49,053 nt of DNA from an uncultured bacterium. Lineage in GTDB: Bacteria; Aquificota; Aquificia; Desulfurobacteriales; Desulfurobacteriaceae. Position numbers and translations under genes: made by a program. A model generated the notes under the pieces. The model was not told the DNA's origin. It searched no databases and worked only from the letters and a program-made list of their open reading frames with translations. The stretch covers positions 1 through 49,053 of the forward strand of contig CAZJFY010000001.1 in assembly GCA_964545225.1 (NCBI GenBank). Reading direction: 5' to 3'. Positions 1 to 8,380 of the stretch are shown here, piece by piece; position 1 is the stretch's first letter; the number at the start of each line of letters is the position of its first letter.

Positions 1-423
1 TCTATCCTAGGAGGAAGGAAAACATTCGTTAATCTTGTAAAACCTTCTCTTACTACTAAGGTTTCTAACAGAGGTTTTGTTTCTAAAGTTAAAGGTTTCT
101 TTAGCAATATATGGCATACGGTTTCACCTTTTTTACAAACCTACTTACAGTACAAGCTAGCTCAACAGCAGTTAAAATGGCAGGCAAAACTAATGCAAAT
201 GGGAGGTCCTAGCTTTTTAACTACACAACCTCCTTCAACTCCTCCTCCTCCGCCGCCTTCCCCTTCATCTTCATCTTTACCATCATCACCCCCATCTTCT
301 TCCGTTCAATCAGCATTAGTTTCAACCTCATATTCTTCTTCTTTTAGTGATAAAAAATACTTGTTGTTAGGAGGAGGGGTTCTTTTACTCGTATTGCTTT
401 TAACGATGATGCGCAGGGAGTGA
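1..423 (+). CDS. C-terminal part of a tail-anchored membrane protein (5' part lies at the window 3' end or outside the window)
   Basis: Frame 1 is open from nt 1 to TGA 421-423, so the ATG at 193 in the ORF track is internal. Pro/Ser-rich linker, then C-terminal TM 'KKYLLLGGGVLLLVLLLTMM' + RRE. 'GFFSNIWHTV' and 'LQYKLAQQQL' are paralogous to 28582..29193. Confidence 0.75.
   Translation, partial: SILGGRKTFVNLVKPSLTTKVSNRGFVSKVKGFFSNIWHTVSPFLQTYLQYKLAQQQLKWQAKLMQMGGPSFLTTQPPSTPPPPPPSPSSSSLPSSPPSSSVQSALVSTSYSSSFSDKKYLLLGGGVLLLVLLLTMMRRE
220..303 (+). repeat. Pro/Ser-rich low-complexity coding tract
   Basis: 'TTQPPSTPPPPPPSPSSSSLPSSPPSSS'. Confidence 0.8.
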
Positions 424-425
424 AC

Positions 426-1076
426 ATGAGAAAGTTGCTTGTGGTTTCTTCTTTTGCTCTTATAGGATATTTTTTGTATAAGGCTTTTGGCGAATCTAGT
501 TATGCTAGTGTCGGACCAGGAGTAAGGGTTTCTCGTCCTTCGTTAATTGAAAGGATTTTATTAGATTCTTATCCTTTTGATCCTGAAAGATTTATACGCT
601 ACAGATGTATCCGTCCAGTTGATACAGTGCTGCGTAACTTTAGCTCTGGAGCTAGGCGGGTGCTTAGATACAAAAAACTGGCTCAAAGGTGGGGAGATTA
701 CTGGGGTGTTCCTTGGGTCTTAGTGTTAGCTATTATTGGAACCGAGAGCGGTGGCGATCCTTATGTTGATAGGAGAGAAGTCGCTGTTGGTGATGTTAGT
801 AGAGGGCTTATGCAATTATTGCTTAGGACAGCCAGATTCATGGGATATAAAGGTAGCCCCTCCGGGTTGTATGATCCCTCGACAAATATTTACTACGGAA
901 CTAAGTATCTAAGATACCTCTATAACAAATATCACAACTGGTTGGATGTTATAGCAGCTTATAATGCTGGCAAACCAAGGGGAGAGGGAAATGGGTGTTA
1001 CTACAATCAACGGTATGTTAATAAAGTTGTTTCTTGGCTTTATGGGTTTAAGAAAATAATGGGAATAGGAGGTTAA
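426..1076 (+). CDS. Lytic transglycosylase (SLT domain) with N-terminal TM/signal anchor
   Basis: Family-1 SLT motifs 'IIGTESGGDP' (catalytic Glu-Ser), 'SRGLMQLL', 'YYGTKYLRYL', 'AAYNAGKP'. N-terminal hydrophobic 'KLLVVSSFALIGYFLYKAF'. ATG 426 lies 5 nt after GGGAG; the track start GTG 420 is less likely. Confidence 0.9.
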   Translation: MRKLLVVSSFALIGYFLYKAFGESSYASVGPGVRVSRPSLIERILLDSYPFDPERFIRYRCIRPVDTVLRNFSSGARRVLRYKKLAQRWGDYWGVPWVLVLAIIGTESGGDPYVDRREVAVGDVSRGLMQLLLRTARFMGYKGSPSGLYDPSTNIYYGTKYLRYLYNKYHNWLDVIAAYNAGKPRGEGNGCYYNQRYVNKVVSWLYGFKKIMGIGG

Positions 1077-1078
1077 AT

Positions 1079-1648
1079 ATGCTGCCGGTGGTTGCTGCTT
1101 TGGCTTCTGCGGGGTTGAATTTATTAGCTGATGCGGTGAAAGCTAAGGGCAAAAAGATAGTGGAGAAAAAGCTAGGCATCAAGTTACCTGAGAAGCCGGA
1201 AGAGCTTACGCCTGAGAAAGTTGAAGAGCTGCATAGAATTGAGATTGATCACGAAATAGATTTGATGACGATGATAAGAGATTCTATTGAAAGTATTTCG
1301 GATTATAAGAAGTTTGAAGTTGCAGATAGGATTAGTGCTAGGCAGCATGAGGTTGCTCTAGCTACTAGTGGACAAGTCCCTGCTCTATTAAAGTATGTAA
1401 AACCTTTATTAGCTTTATTAATCACATTTCTTTGTGGAGGGTTGGTGTTTATTTTACTATTTGTTGGTGTTCCTCAAAATAAAAAGGAAATTGTTATGTT
1501 TGCTTTAGGCTCTGCTTTATCAATGTGGGGGATGGTAGTTTCGTATTATTTCGGTACATCTGAAAGCTCTTCTTATAAAGATAAAGTTTTTGAACTTCTT
1601 TTAAAAACAACAAAGCAAGAGGGCGAGAATTATGGTTCTAGAGCCTAA
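1079..1648 (+). CDS. Holin-like membrane protein (2-3 TM)
   Basis: GGAGG SD before ATG 1079. N-terminal Ala/Leu-rich segment, charged coiled region, then two TM helices 'KPLLALLITFLCGGLVFILLFVGV' and 'IVMFALGSALSMWGMVVSYYF'. The architecture resembles the 3-TM phage/GTA holin family, and the gene sits directly after the SLT gene. Confidence 0.4.
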   Translation: MLPVVAALASAGLNLLADAVKAKGKKIVEKKLGIKLPEKPEELTPEKVEELHRIEIDHEIDLMTMIRDSIESISDYKKFEVADRISARQHEVALATSGQVPALLKYVKPLLALLITFLCGGLVFILLFVGVPQNKKEIVMFALGSALSMWGMVVSYYFGTSESSSYKDKVFELLLKTTKQEGENYGSRA

Positions 1649-2084
1649 ACTTGTTATGAAGGGCAACAGGTTTTTTATAGAACCTGTTGAAGATGGGTCA
1701 TTGTTTTCTTATGATTACGGCATAGTCGAAAAGATTCTAGAGAAGGTTAAAGAGGTTCTTAGGAACTTTGAGCTTGGTTCTTTTGTTCCTGATTGTAGTT
1801 TATCTTTTAGATTGCTTAAAATTCACGGCAGTCGAGGAGATTTTTTAGTTAAACCTGATGATAGATATAAGCTTTGTATTGTTCCTGTATCTTCAAACAA
1901 AGTTCTTATATTGTCGTTTCCTAGCGATTGTCGCATCTTTTTGGACAGAAAAGAAGGAGTTTTAAATAGAGTTGTTGTTGATGCAGTTAATGGTTTGAAA
2001 GGTAGTGTTTGTGCTGTTGGTTTAGGCAAGTTTACTGAAGATGAGCTTTTGTCTCTTGTTAAGATTATACACGGGGGTAAGTGA
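1632..2084 (+). CDS. Hypothetical protein (150 aa)
   Basis: ORF overlaps both neighbours (17 nt upstream; TGATG downstream). GAGGG lies upstream of the ATG. Confidence 0.65.
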   Translation: MVLEPKLVMKGNRFFIEPVEDGSLFSYDYGIVEKILEKVKEVLRNFELGSFVPDCSLSFRLLKIHGSRGDFLVKPDDRYKLCIVPVSSNKVLILSFPSDCRIFLDRKEGVLNRVVVDAVNGLKGSVCAVGLGKFTEDELLSLVKIIHGGK

Positions 2085-3823
2085 TGGCGATACTTGGAAA
2101 TATACGAGATTCTTGGACAAATAGGCCCCCTGGGCATGGATATCGTAGCTACCCTGTTGTAGTTATTAGGGAATATGAATATCACATAAGTATATTGGAT
2201 TGTCCTTGTAAGAAGTCAACTTTAGAGCCTGTTCCGTTCGCTCATTTTGATACTTACGATCTTTCGTACTTTTATTTTGCTCAGGAGCAGAATTTAATTA
2301 GAGCTTTTACTAGAAACGCGGTTTCTCCTTTTGCTCAGAACGGTAAAAAGTCAGATAATACTTGGCTATTAGCAAGACATGTTGGAACTGTTGATTTCAA
2401 CTCGTTGTTTTATGATAAACATTCAATAGTCTGGTATCACGATTTCCGATCAGGAACCACGTACTTTCCTCATTTGTTTACTTCAACTTATAGATGTTTT
2501 ACAACTAATTGGATAATTGAGGCCTTTGAACCATCAGAAGGAGTTATGAATCTTAAGTTGTGTTCGACAGGAGCATGTTTTACTAAACAACTTAGAGACC
2601 AGTCGCTTCTAGCTGCTTTTATTGATAATGAAGGTACCACTTATTGGATAAGCGAGGGCGTTGATAGTTATTACCAGCAGCGACCTTCTAGCGATCTTCT
2701 AATTTCTCGAATTGATACATTAGGTAGACCGGGTGGCGATATTTCAAAAGATATTAGCGGTCCTCTTGGGGTTATTGTTGACTTTGATCCTGAGCTTAAA
2801 ACACTATTGTGGACGCGGCAAAGATATTTAGAAGTTAACAACTCACTTCAAGTTAATGTTTACGAGTCTATTACTAATTCTTCACGCACGGTGGATGTAC
2901 CAATTCGCTGGCCTATTTTTATTTCTCACTGGTGTAAGGTTAGCGACAGTAATACGGATGCGGTGTTTTTGACTTGCGGTTTTGATCCGAATTCTGGGTA
3001 TGTTAGCTTTTATACCATTCCATTTAATAAAGCATCTCTTACTTTTGGCTCTCCGTCCCGGATTTACGACGCTTTTTATGTCTCATCAGATCCTCAGTCT
3101 GCAGGATTTTTAAACGGACATGACATTTCTTATGAAATTGTTAAAATGCAGCCCTTTAAAGTTAACGACACCCTCTTTATCATAGCTTGGATGGAGATAA
3201 AAAAAGGGTTTGATAGAGGGTACAGAATTAACCATTTCAGTGATGCTAACGGTCGTTCCCTTTCAAGGGTTATATTGTTTAAATATTCTAACGGCTCGCT
3301 CCAAGTTGTTGACGATAAAAATGTTCCCCTTGAGCCGGTTTCCGGAGGTATTTTTGTTGAAGGGGGGTATGGCAAGCTTTTTAATGATAAAGCATCTGTT
3401 GATGTTTTTATTGATTTTACTAACGAGAGGGTATTTTTCTCAGATCCTATCTATACCGGGTATCTTGTATTATGCCTTGATGAGTGTGGTAGATTTTGGG
3501 GAGTAACGAGGGATTATAACTTAGAGCTTTTTGGCCCTAGGCTGCCGTATAGGTTTGAATTTAAAATTGAAGTTGACGAGCATCAACCATCCTCGTTCCC
3601 GGTTGATGGAAGGATTAAGATGGACATTTTTGATTATAGGGGACAAAGAATTGAAGCTGATGTCTTATTGGTTATTACTACTCCTGAAGTTTGTGAGTTT
3701 GCAGATGGTGGTTATAAGAAGCTGGTGACAACTTCTACCGAGGGTGTAACAGAGGTTCCTATAAAGGTAAAGAGGGGAGGATTGATTGTCGTTGATAGGA
3801 TAATCAAAAGACTAGGAGGGTAA
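2084..3823 (+). CDS. Large beta-rich protein with C-terminal Ig-like domain, paralog A
   Basis: ATG 2084 overlaps the upstream stop (TGATG), with GGGGG 7 nt upstream. C-terminus 'FDYRGQRIEADVLLVITTPEVCEFADGGYKKLVTTSTEGVTEVPIKVKRGGLIVV' aligns with four paralogs. Pre-domain motif 'CGRFWGVTRDYNLELF'. Confidence 0.8.
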   Translation: MAILGNIRDSWTNRPPGHGYRSYPVVVIREYEYHISILDCPCKKSTLEPVPFAHFDTYDLSYFYFAQEQNLIRAFTRNAVSPFAQNGKKSDNTWLLARHVGTVDFNSLFYDKHSIVWYHDFRSGTTYFPHLFTSTYRCFTTNWIIEAFEPSEGVMNLKLCSTGACFTKQLRDQSLLAAFIDNEGTTYWISEGVDSYYQQRPSSDLLISRIDTLGRPGGDISKDISGPLGVIVDFDPELKTLLWTRQRYLEVNNSLQVNVYESITNSSRTVDVPIRWPIFISHWCKVSDSNTDAVFLTCGFDPNSGYVSFYTIPFNKASLTFGSPSRIYDAFYVSSDPQSAGFLNGHDISYEIVKMQPFKVNDTLFIIAWMEIKKGFDRGYRINHFSDANGRSLSRVILFKYSNGSLQVVDDKNVPLEPVSGGIFVEGGYGKLFNDKASVDVFIDFTNERVFFSDPIYTGYLVLCLDECGRFWGVTRDYNLELFGPRLPYRFEFKIEVDEHQPSSFPVDGRIKMDIFDYRGQRIEADVLLVITTPEVCEFADGGYKKLVTTSTEGVTEVPIKVKRGGLIVVDRIIKRLGG

Positions 3824-3827
3824 TGTT

Positions 3828-5693
3828 ATGCCTAGGATTTTTGTTTCTACTGCTGTCTATGATAGATATACAAATCGGTATTCTTTGCCGGGAAATGAAG
3901 GTAGAATTCTTTCTTCACATTTAACTGCTTATCGTATAAAGGACTACTTAATAGTCAACGGTAGGGTTTACGATGTAAAGAAGGGCTTTAGAATGGTTCA
4001 TCCGCCGTGGGAGGCTTCTAGTATACCCGTTAGATGTGAAGATAGGTTTCTCTACCCTATTGTTTTTAGAGAGTTGTTTCATTTTGCGGTCCCGAAGGAT
4101 AGGATGAATCTTAATAATGCTATTTCTGCTATGACAGGTTTTAATCTTCCTTTTAAGTGCAAGCTTCCAAGTAGATTTTCTACTACTGTTGTATGGAATG
4201 AAGGGAAATATTACTACTATCATGTCACAAATCGAAGTAATCAGACTAGTAATAGGGTGCGTGTGGTTAAGGTTAAATGGTCTGACTTAGAGAAAAAAGT
4301 TGTTTCTCCAGAGCTTTTAAGTTTTACTAGTGGTGGACAGTATAGATTGTTTGAGATTATTCATTATCTCTTGGACGAGACGGGTACTTTTTCTGGGCTT
4401 CCGGTTAGCTATACCAACGATCAATGCGCTAACTTTTATTGTGCCCACATTCTAGGTTGGAGTTTTAAAGTGCAATATGCTATCGCTGGCAATTCACCTT
4501 TTGGATTGTATTCTTCTGCGTTAGATTGGCCTTTGCGAATAGTTAGGGTGCCAATTTTTATTGGTGTTGTTGGTGACTATGTTTACTTTTATACTTCATC
4601 CTGTGCCGTTAAGCAGCCTGCTATTAGGAGGGTCAAGTATGACGGCACGACCGATGAGCCTGTTAGATATTCTACTTTAAGCTTCCCGTATAATATTACT
4701 TCTGTTCCCACAGCTTCTTTTGCACAAGACGGAGGTTTTAGATGGTATAAGTTTGTTTATGACAATAATAACCCTGAGATCTGTTTGTGTTCTTATGATC
4801 CGAACAACAATCCTACTTCTGTATCCTATCAACCTTGTTCCATTGATACACTTCCTGAAGAGATGAATTTTAAGAATTACATTCCTAATGGCACTTTAGC
4901 TCATGGCAATGTTATTAATGCTGAGCTCGTAGAAAAAGATGGCAAAAAATACATTGTTCTCATGCCAATGAACTTTGTAGGCATGGTTGGGAGCGGCTTC
5001 GATCAGTCTAAGAATGTTTTTAACTCTAATCTTCACTTTAACCCAGCTTGTATGAAAATGTATTTGTTTGAGATTGTTAGCGATACTGAGCTCAGATTTG
5101 TTGGTAGTAAGAACATTCCTTGGAATACGCTATACATTGCCCCTCCTAGGGAAAGAGGAGATTGGACGAAGTGTTTTGTAATTTGGACACCTGAAAAAGC
5201 TTACTTCTGCAGACTAACCTGCGACGAGAGGGTTTATGAAATATATTACACTCTGTCGTTTGTAACTAGATCAGATTATCCTGAACACTTGTATTGTTTG
5301 ACATACGATGACGATCTTATAGGTATTGGCACTTTAAGTTCTTATTATCTTAGAAATACCGATTATCAGATCTGGCTTCCTACTCACCTTTATCTACTTA
5401 GTGAAAACTTACCTGAGATAATTGATGTTATCCCTGAGCGTGATTATTATGACTATCAAGGACAACCTATTAACTCCTACTTACTTCTTGATATTAAAAA
5501 TTACCTTGGTGACAGGATACGCTCTGTTGTTAGGCTTAGGATAACCACTTCAAACGCAGTATTTGAAAATGGCAGTAGGGTGATTGAGGTTACTTCCTCG
5601 ACTGAACAACCTACTAGAGTTAACTTTACTGTTAACGGTAGGGGCTCTATTGAAATAGTTGTTGAATATGTAAAGCCTATCTTTGAGCAGTAA
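3828..5693 (+). CDS. Large beta-rich protein with C-terminal Ig-like domain, paralog B
   Basis: AGGAGGG SD 3814-3820. C-terminus 'KNYLGDRIRSVVRLRITTSNAVFENGSRVIEVTSSTEQPTRVNFTVNGRGSIEIVV'. Confidence 0.8.
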   Translation: MPRIFVSTAVYDRYTNRYSLPGNEGRILSSHLTAYRIKDYLIVNGRVYDVKKGFRMVHPPWEASSIPVRCEDRFLYPIVFRELFHFAVPKDRMNLNNAISAMTGFNLPFKCKLPSRFSTTVVWNEGKYYYYHVTNRSNQTSNRVRVVKVKWSDLEKKVVSPELLSFTSGGQYRLFEIIHYLLDETGTFSGLPVSYTNDQCANFYCAHILGWSFKVQYAIAGNSPFGLYSSALDWPLRIVRVPIFIGVVGDYVYFYTSSCAVKQPAIRRVKYDGTTDEPVRYSTLSFPYNITSVPTASFAQDGGFRWYKFVYDNNNPEICLCSYDPNNNPTSVSYQPCSIDTLPEEMNFKNYIPNGTLAHGNVINAELVEKDGKKYIVLMPMNFVGMVGSGFDQSKNVFNSNLHFNPACMKMYLFEIVSDTELRFVGSKNIPWNTLYIAPPRERGDWTKCFVIWTPEKAYFCRLTCDERVYEIYYTLSFVTRSDYPEHLYCLTYDDDLIGIGTLSSYYLRNTDYQIWLPTHLYLLSENLPEIIDVIPERDYYDYQGQPINSYLLLDIKNYLGDRIRSVVRLRITTSNAVFENGSRVIEVTSSTEQPTRVNFTVNGRGSIEIVVEYVKPIFEQ

Positions 5694-6736
5694 TGGCCTG
5701 GGTAGAAATCAAAACGGAAAGTTTTACTTTTTGTGTAGAGCCTGATATTAATAAGATTGGCGACCTTAATGCCGGTTCGCTAGATTCATCTTCTAATTTT
5801 ATTGCTCATTCTGAGTGCGTTTTACAGGTGTCTTCTAAGGTTACTATTGATGGCTTTCAATCATCTGGTCCTATTTGGAAGCTATCTCAGGGCAACAATA
5901 GGGTTATGTTTGCCAAGTGTTCTTATATCCCAGTGCCCGAAACAAATTCATTCAAACCTTCCTCTTCTTACAGCCAGATGATGAATGCTCAGGGACTTAC
6001 TTGGGCAGTAGGAGAAAAGCTTGTTTTTAAAGGAACCCAAGTCTCTTCTTTTCCTTCTCTGTTTGTCGGTGAGTTTGAATTCGCTGGGAGTGGTGAGGTA
6101 GAGAATGCTGAGAATGGTGTTTGTCAGAGCGTTCCTCCCCAATATGTATTGGATTCCCAACTTTATTCAAAAGAGTATTGGGAAGTAGTGAATTCTAAGT
6201 CTGAGACTCTTTTTGTTCCTTCTTGTTCTCCTGTTATGGTTGTGTCTGAGGGGGTTAGCTTTTTGCATAATAGAAGTAATAAATTTTACTCCTTTAATCT
6301 TGTTTCTTGCCCTACTTTAGATCTTAAACTACAAAACTTCTATACTTACAAGGTTATTGATAAGATAAATACTATTGAAGGTGGAGTTTGTAAAGCAAGC
6401 CGCGAAGCTGTTTTTGTTTCTTCTCCTGATGTTTTTGAGCCTGTTGATCGACTTGGGGATATGGTTGTGGTTAGGGGAACAGATCAGTTTAATGTGTATG
6501 TAATAGTTTTTAATCCTATTTTGGATATAGAAATTGATTTACCAGATGCAAATTATAAGGTTGATGGTGTAGAAATTCCTGCCAATATTGAAGTTGATTT
6601 TGAGAACAAGAAGTTGAGGATAAAGTATCTGATTAATGAGAACCAAACTATTGTTTTAAAGGATAACGAAAACAACTCTTATTATGTTAGAATAGTACCG
6701 ATGTTTATAAATAACTTCCTCAAACCTGAAGGGTAA
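5693..6736 (+). CDS. Hypothetical structural-like protein (347 aa)
   Basis: TAATG start-stop overlap with the upstream gene. Long ORF in the operon frame pattern. Confidence 0.7.
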   Translation: MAWVEIKTESFTFCVEPDINKIGDLNAGSLDSSSNFIAHSECVLQVSSKVTIDGFQSSGPIWKLSQGNNRVMFAKCSYIPVPETNSFKPSSSYSQMMNAQGLTWAVGEKLVFKGTQVSSFPSLFVGEFEFAGSGEVENAENGVCQSVPPQYVLDSQLYSKEYWEVVNSKSETLFVPSCSPVMVVSEGVSFLHNRSNKFYSFNLVSCPTLDLKLQNFYTYKVIDKINTIEGGVCKASREAVFVSSPDVFEPVDRLGDMVVVRGTDQFNVYVIVFNPILDIEIDLPDANYKVDGVEIPANIEVDFENKKLRIKYLINENQTIVLKDNENNSYYVRIVPMFINNFLKPEG

Positions 6737-6746
6737 TGGAGGAGCG

Positions 6747-8369
6747 ATGGCGCTGGTTAGTTGTTATGCTCCTGAGTACGAAGGTTTTGTAGAATTTGAT
6801 AAAACTGTAAGTTTAAATGGTTTTTTGTTTGATAAGGTTTCCTTGTTTCCTACTATGTATTCTACAAATTTAGAAAAGCGAATTTTGTTTGCTCCTATTA
6901 GTTATGTTAGCCCTAATATTTGTTCTTATTCTGCTGCTTTTAATAACAAAACTTTTAGCTTTCCTGTTGCTGCGGATGAAAGATTCAATTTACTTAAGAC
7001 CTGTTTAGTAAGGACATTGGATAGCGGTAATAAAAAGTTTGCTTTTGTTGCTGCTGCTTCTTCAGGTGATCCTTGTTTTGTTGTAAGGCTGTATTCTGGA
7101 ACTGATACACAAATTTCTTTTGAAAAAGAGGTTAGTTTTGATGGATGCCCTGTGTTGATGTATCTTGCGGATGTTTTTCCTTCTAATCAAGATTTTATGG
7201 TTGTATATGTTGGTGGAGATGATAAAATTAGATTTGCGAGGGTTCCACCATCTGGTGATTCTTATTCTCTCCTTTTAAGTGACGATACCGGTTATATCAC
7301 TCACACCTTTCCTTCGGCTATTAAGTATCTTGGATGGATAAACAGCAATCATTATTTTGCCACAATTGCTACAACTAGCAATGTTAATGAAAGAGTGGTC
7401 AGGATTTACAAGGTAGATGTTTCGACACAAACAGCTTCACTTGAACATGAGGCGAGTTTAAGCGGATATGACATTGATTCTACTGTTGACGCGGCTTTGG
7501 TTTCTTTAAAGAGAGAAGATGGAGCAATTTATACCTTTTGTTTCTATCCGGGCGCGGCAAGTGAGTTGAAGATTAGGGGATTACTTATAGAGACTGGAGG
7601 TAATATTAATGAAATAGATGTTTCTCTTGATTTTGGAGAACATCAACCTTCTTACATACTTGCCGGATTACAAGGTTCTTTACAAGGTGTTGGAATGGTT
7701 AATGGCGAAAAAGCGGTTTTATTATCTCTTTCTCATACTTATAGGATAGTGAAGAATGCCAACAACATTCCGTGCGCATATTTCGGATACGCTTCTAGTT
7801 GGTTTAAAAGTATGTTTTCTACTTGGCAATTTGACGAAGGCCAGTCAAAGATGGTTTTAAAGGATCTTGTTAAAACTGATCTTAGGCCTGTTAACTTTCT
7901 TTTACCTCTTGATAACTCTATGAGCAAGTTTTATGTTCACTATGTTTATGGGCTAGGCAAGCTAAGTGTTAATAGTGAATTTGGAATTAAACTTGTTCCT
8001 GTTGTAACTGATAACAGGTACATGTTTGTTGGTTTTACTTCTGATGGAAAAATGTGGGGTGTTACTTCTGACAGCATAGAGCTTCTTCCTTTTTACAGAG
8101 TTGCTAAGGCGGTAAATATTACTTGGGAGAGGGAAGATTATAACTTTCAGGGTGAAGAGATAAATACTCACATAACTGTTTCTGTTGCAGATGAAGATGG
8201 AAACGCAATTTCTGGAAGGGTGAGGCTTTCTGTTTTAACTTCTAACGCTATCTTTTCCGATAGTTCTTCTTATGAGCTTACTGTTGATGTTCCGGAAGAT
8301 GGCGCTACCATACCTGTTAAAATTACGGGTCCGGGACTGATTGTCTTAGAAAGCACGATACTAGAATAG
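6747..8369 (+). CDS. Large beta-rich protein with C-terminal Ig-like domain, paralog C
   Basis: GGAGGA SD. C-terminus 'ADEDGNAISGRVRLSVLTSNAIFSDSSSYELTVDVPEDGATIPVKITGPGLIVLE' (invasin/Big-like pattern). Motif 'DGKMWGVTSDSIELLPF'. Confidence 0.8.
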   Translation: MALVSCYAPEYEGFVEFDKTVSLNGFLFDKVSLFPTMYSTNLEKRILFAPISYVSPNICSYSAAFNNKTFSFPVAADERFNLLKTCLVRTLDSGNKKFAFVAAASSGDPCFVVRLYSGTDTQISFEKEVSFDGCPVLMYLADVFPSNQDFMVVYVGGDDKIRFARVPPSGDSYSLLLSDDTGYITHTFPSAIKYLGWINSNHYFATIATTSNVNERVVRIYKVDVSTQTASLEHEASLSGYDIDSTVDAALVSLKREDGAIYTFCFYPGAASELKIRGLLIETGGNINEIDVSLDFGEHQPSYILAGLQGSLQGVGMVNGEKAVLLSLSHTYRIVKNANNIPCAYFGYASSWFKSMFSTWQFDEGQSKMVLKDLVKTDLRPVNFLLPLDNSMSKFYVHYVYGLGKLSVNSEFGIKLVPVVTDNRYMFVGFTSDGKMWGVTSDSIELLPFYRVAKAVNITWEREDYNFQGEEINTHITVSVADEDGNAISGRVRLSVLTSNAIFSDSSSYELTVDVPEDGATIPVKITGPGLIVLESTILE

Positions 8370-8380
8370 CGGGGTTGTGT

